A DNA stretch of 64,000 nucleotides from Haliotis cracherodii. Its lineage: Eukaryota. The notes under the pieces are model-generated. The model saw only the letters and a program-made list of their open reading frames with translations. It did not search any database and was not told where the DNA came from. Below, one piece after another: positions 63,421 to 64,000 of the stretch (the stretch's first letter is position 1; each line of letters begins with the position of its first letter). The stretch covers positions 806,001 to 870,000 of the forward strand of contig NW_027266286.1 of the NCBI RefSeq assembly GCF_022045235.1. Reading direction: 5' to 3'. Position numbers and translations under genes: made by a program.

Positions 63421-64000
63421 GATAGACACATAAAGCCATGCCAAAGAATTTTGATCTTTGAAAGATTTAACCTCAAATGATTCCTCCTTTTCATGAATTG
63501 TGGCTCATTCTAAAGAACTAATTTGTCGGCCTGTACTTAAACACTGGACGCTACCGTTTGATCATGGCACCAGATTGCGACAGCGCCGATGGCAGCTAAT
63601 TAAAGCCAGCTGCACGAGACATTCTACTGCAGACTGTGACAGGAATCACATGGAACCAGTGGCCGAGATGCTATTTCACAAAGCAAAGGAAATATTAATG
63701 CTTCGTGCCCTGCGGCAATTCTTTTTTTTCTTCAAAATTGAATATAAAAATTGAGATAATAAAAAAGAACTGATTTTTGTTGCGTGGTCGTGAAACATCC
63801 GTACCTGCAAAATTGTTCAGGAAATTGTTTTGTTTTTTGAGGTTATCTTTGTATAAAAGAATATTCTATTTAGAATTAAGATGTGCCTTTGGCAGAATCA
63901 TTAGGAGAGTGTTTGAAATATTTTTTTAGCTTCTTCTATTCTTTACCATCCAACCTCTTTTGAGTTGTAACTTTTCGTTGCTGTTACTTCGAAGCACATG

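Overview
This is eukaryotic, repeat-dominated DNA. The SINE types and (CTCA)n tails suggest a mollusc, possibly an abalone-like gastropod (inference). There is no prokaryotic gene content, rRNA, genuine tRNA gene or CRISPR array. Roughly 18 kb is made of more than 20 unrelated minisatellites (11-80 bp units), and these produce almost all long ORFs in the supplied track. The rest is largely mobile DNA: three Tc1 (DD34E-type) transposons, a decayed Crypton-type tyrosine-recombinase element, a LINE RT fragment, several MITE families (TA, 8-bp and 9-bp TSD types) and about 25 copies of four SINE-like families sharing one 3' tail. Only one plausible host coding exon was seen (189-401), with low confidence. 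The most unusual system is SINE-like family A. It has no tRNA head, starts at essentially the same position in many copies, and has a predicted three-way-junction/pseudoknot 5' domain with pairing-preserving substitutions. That head also forms head-to-tail 51-bp concatemers with the same junction at two separate loci (6.9 kb and 43.3-43.9 kb). Several arrays show minisatellites arising inside transposable elements. Two assembly gaps are present.
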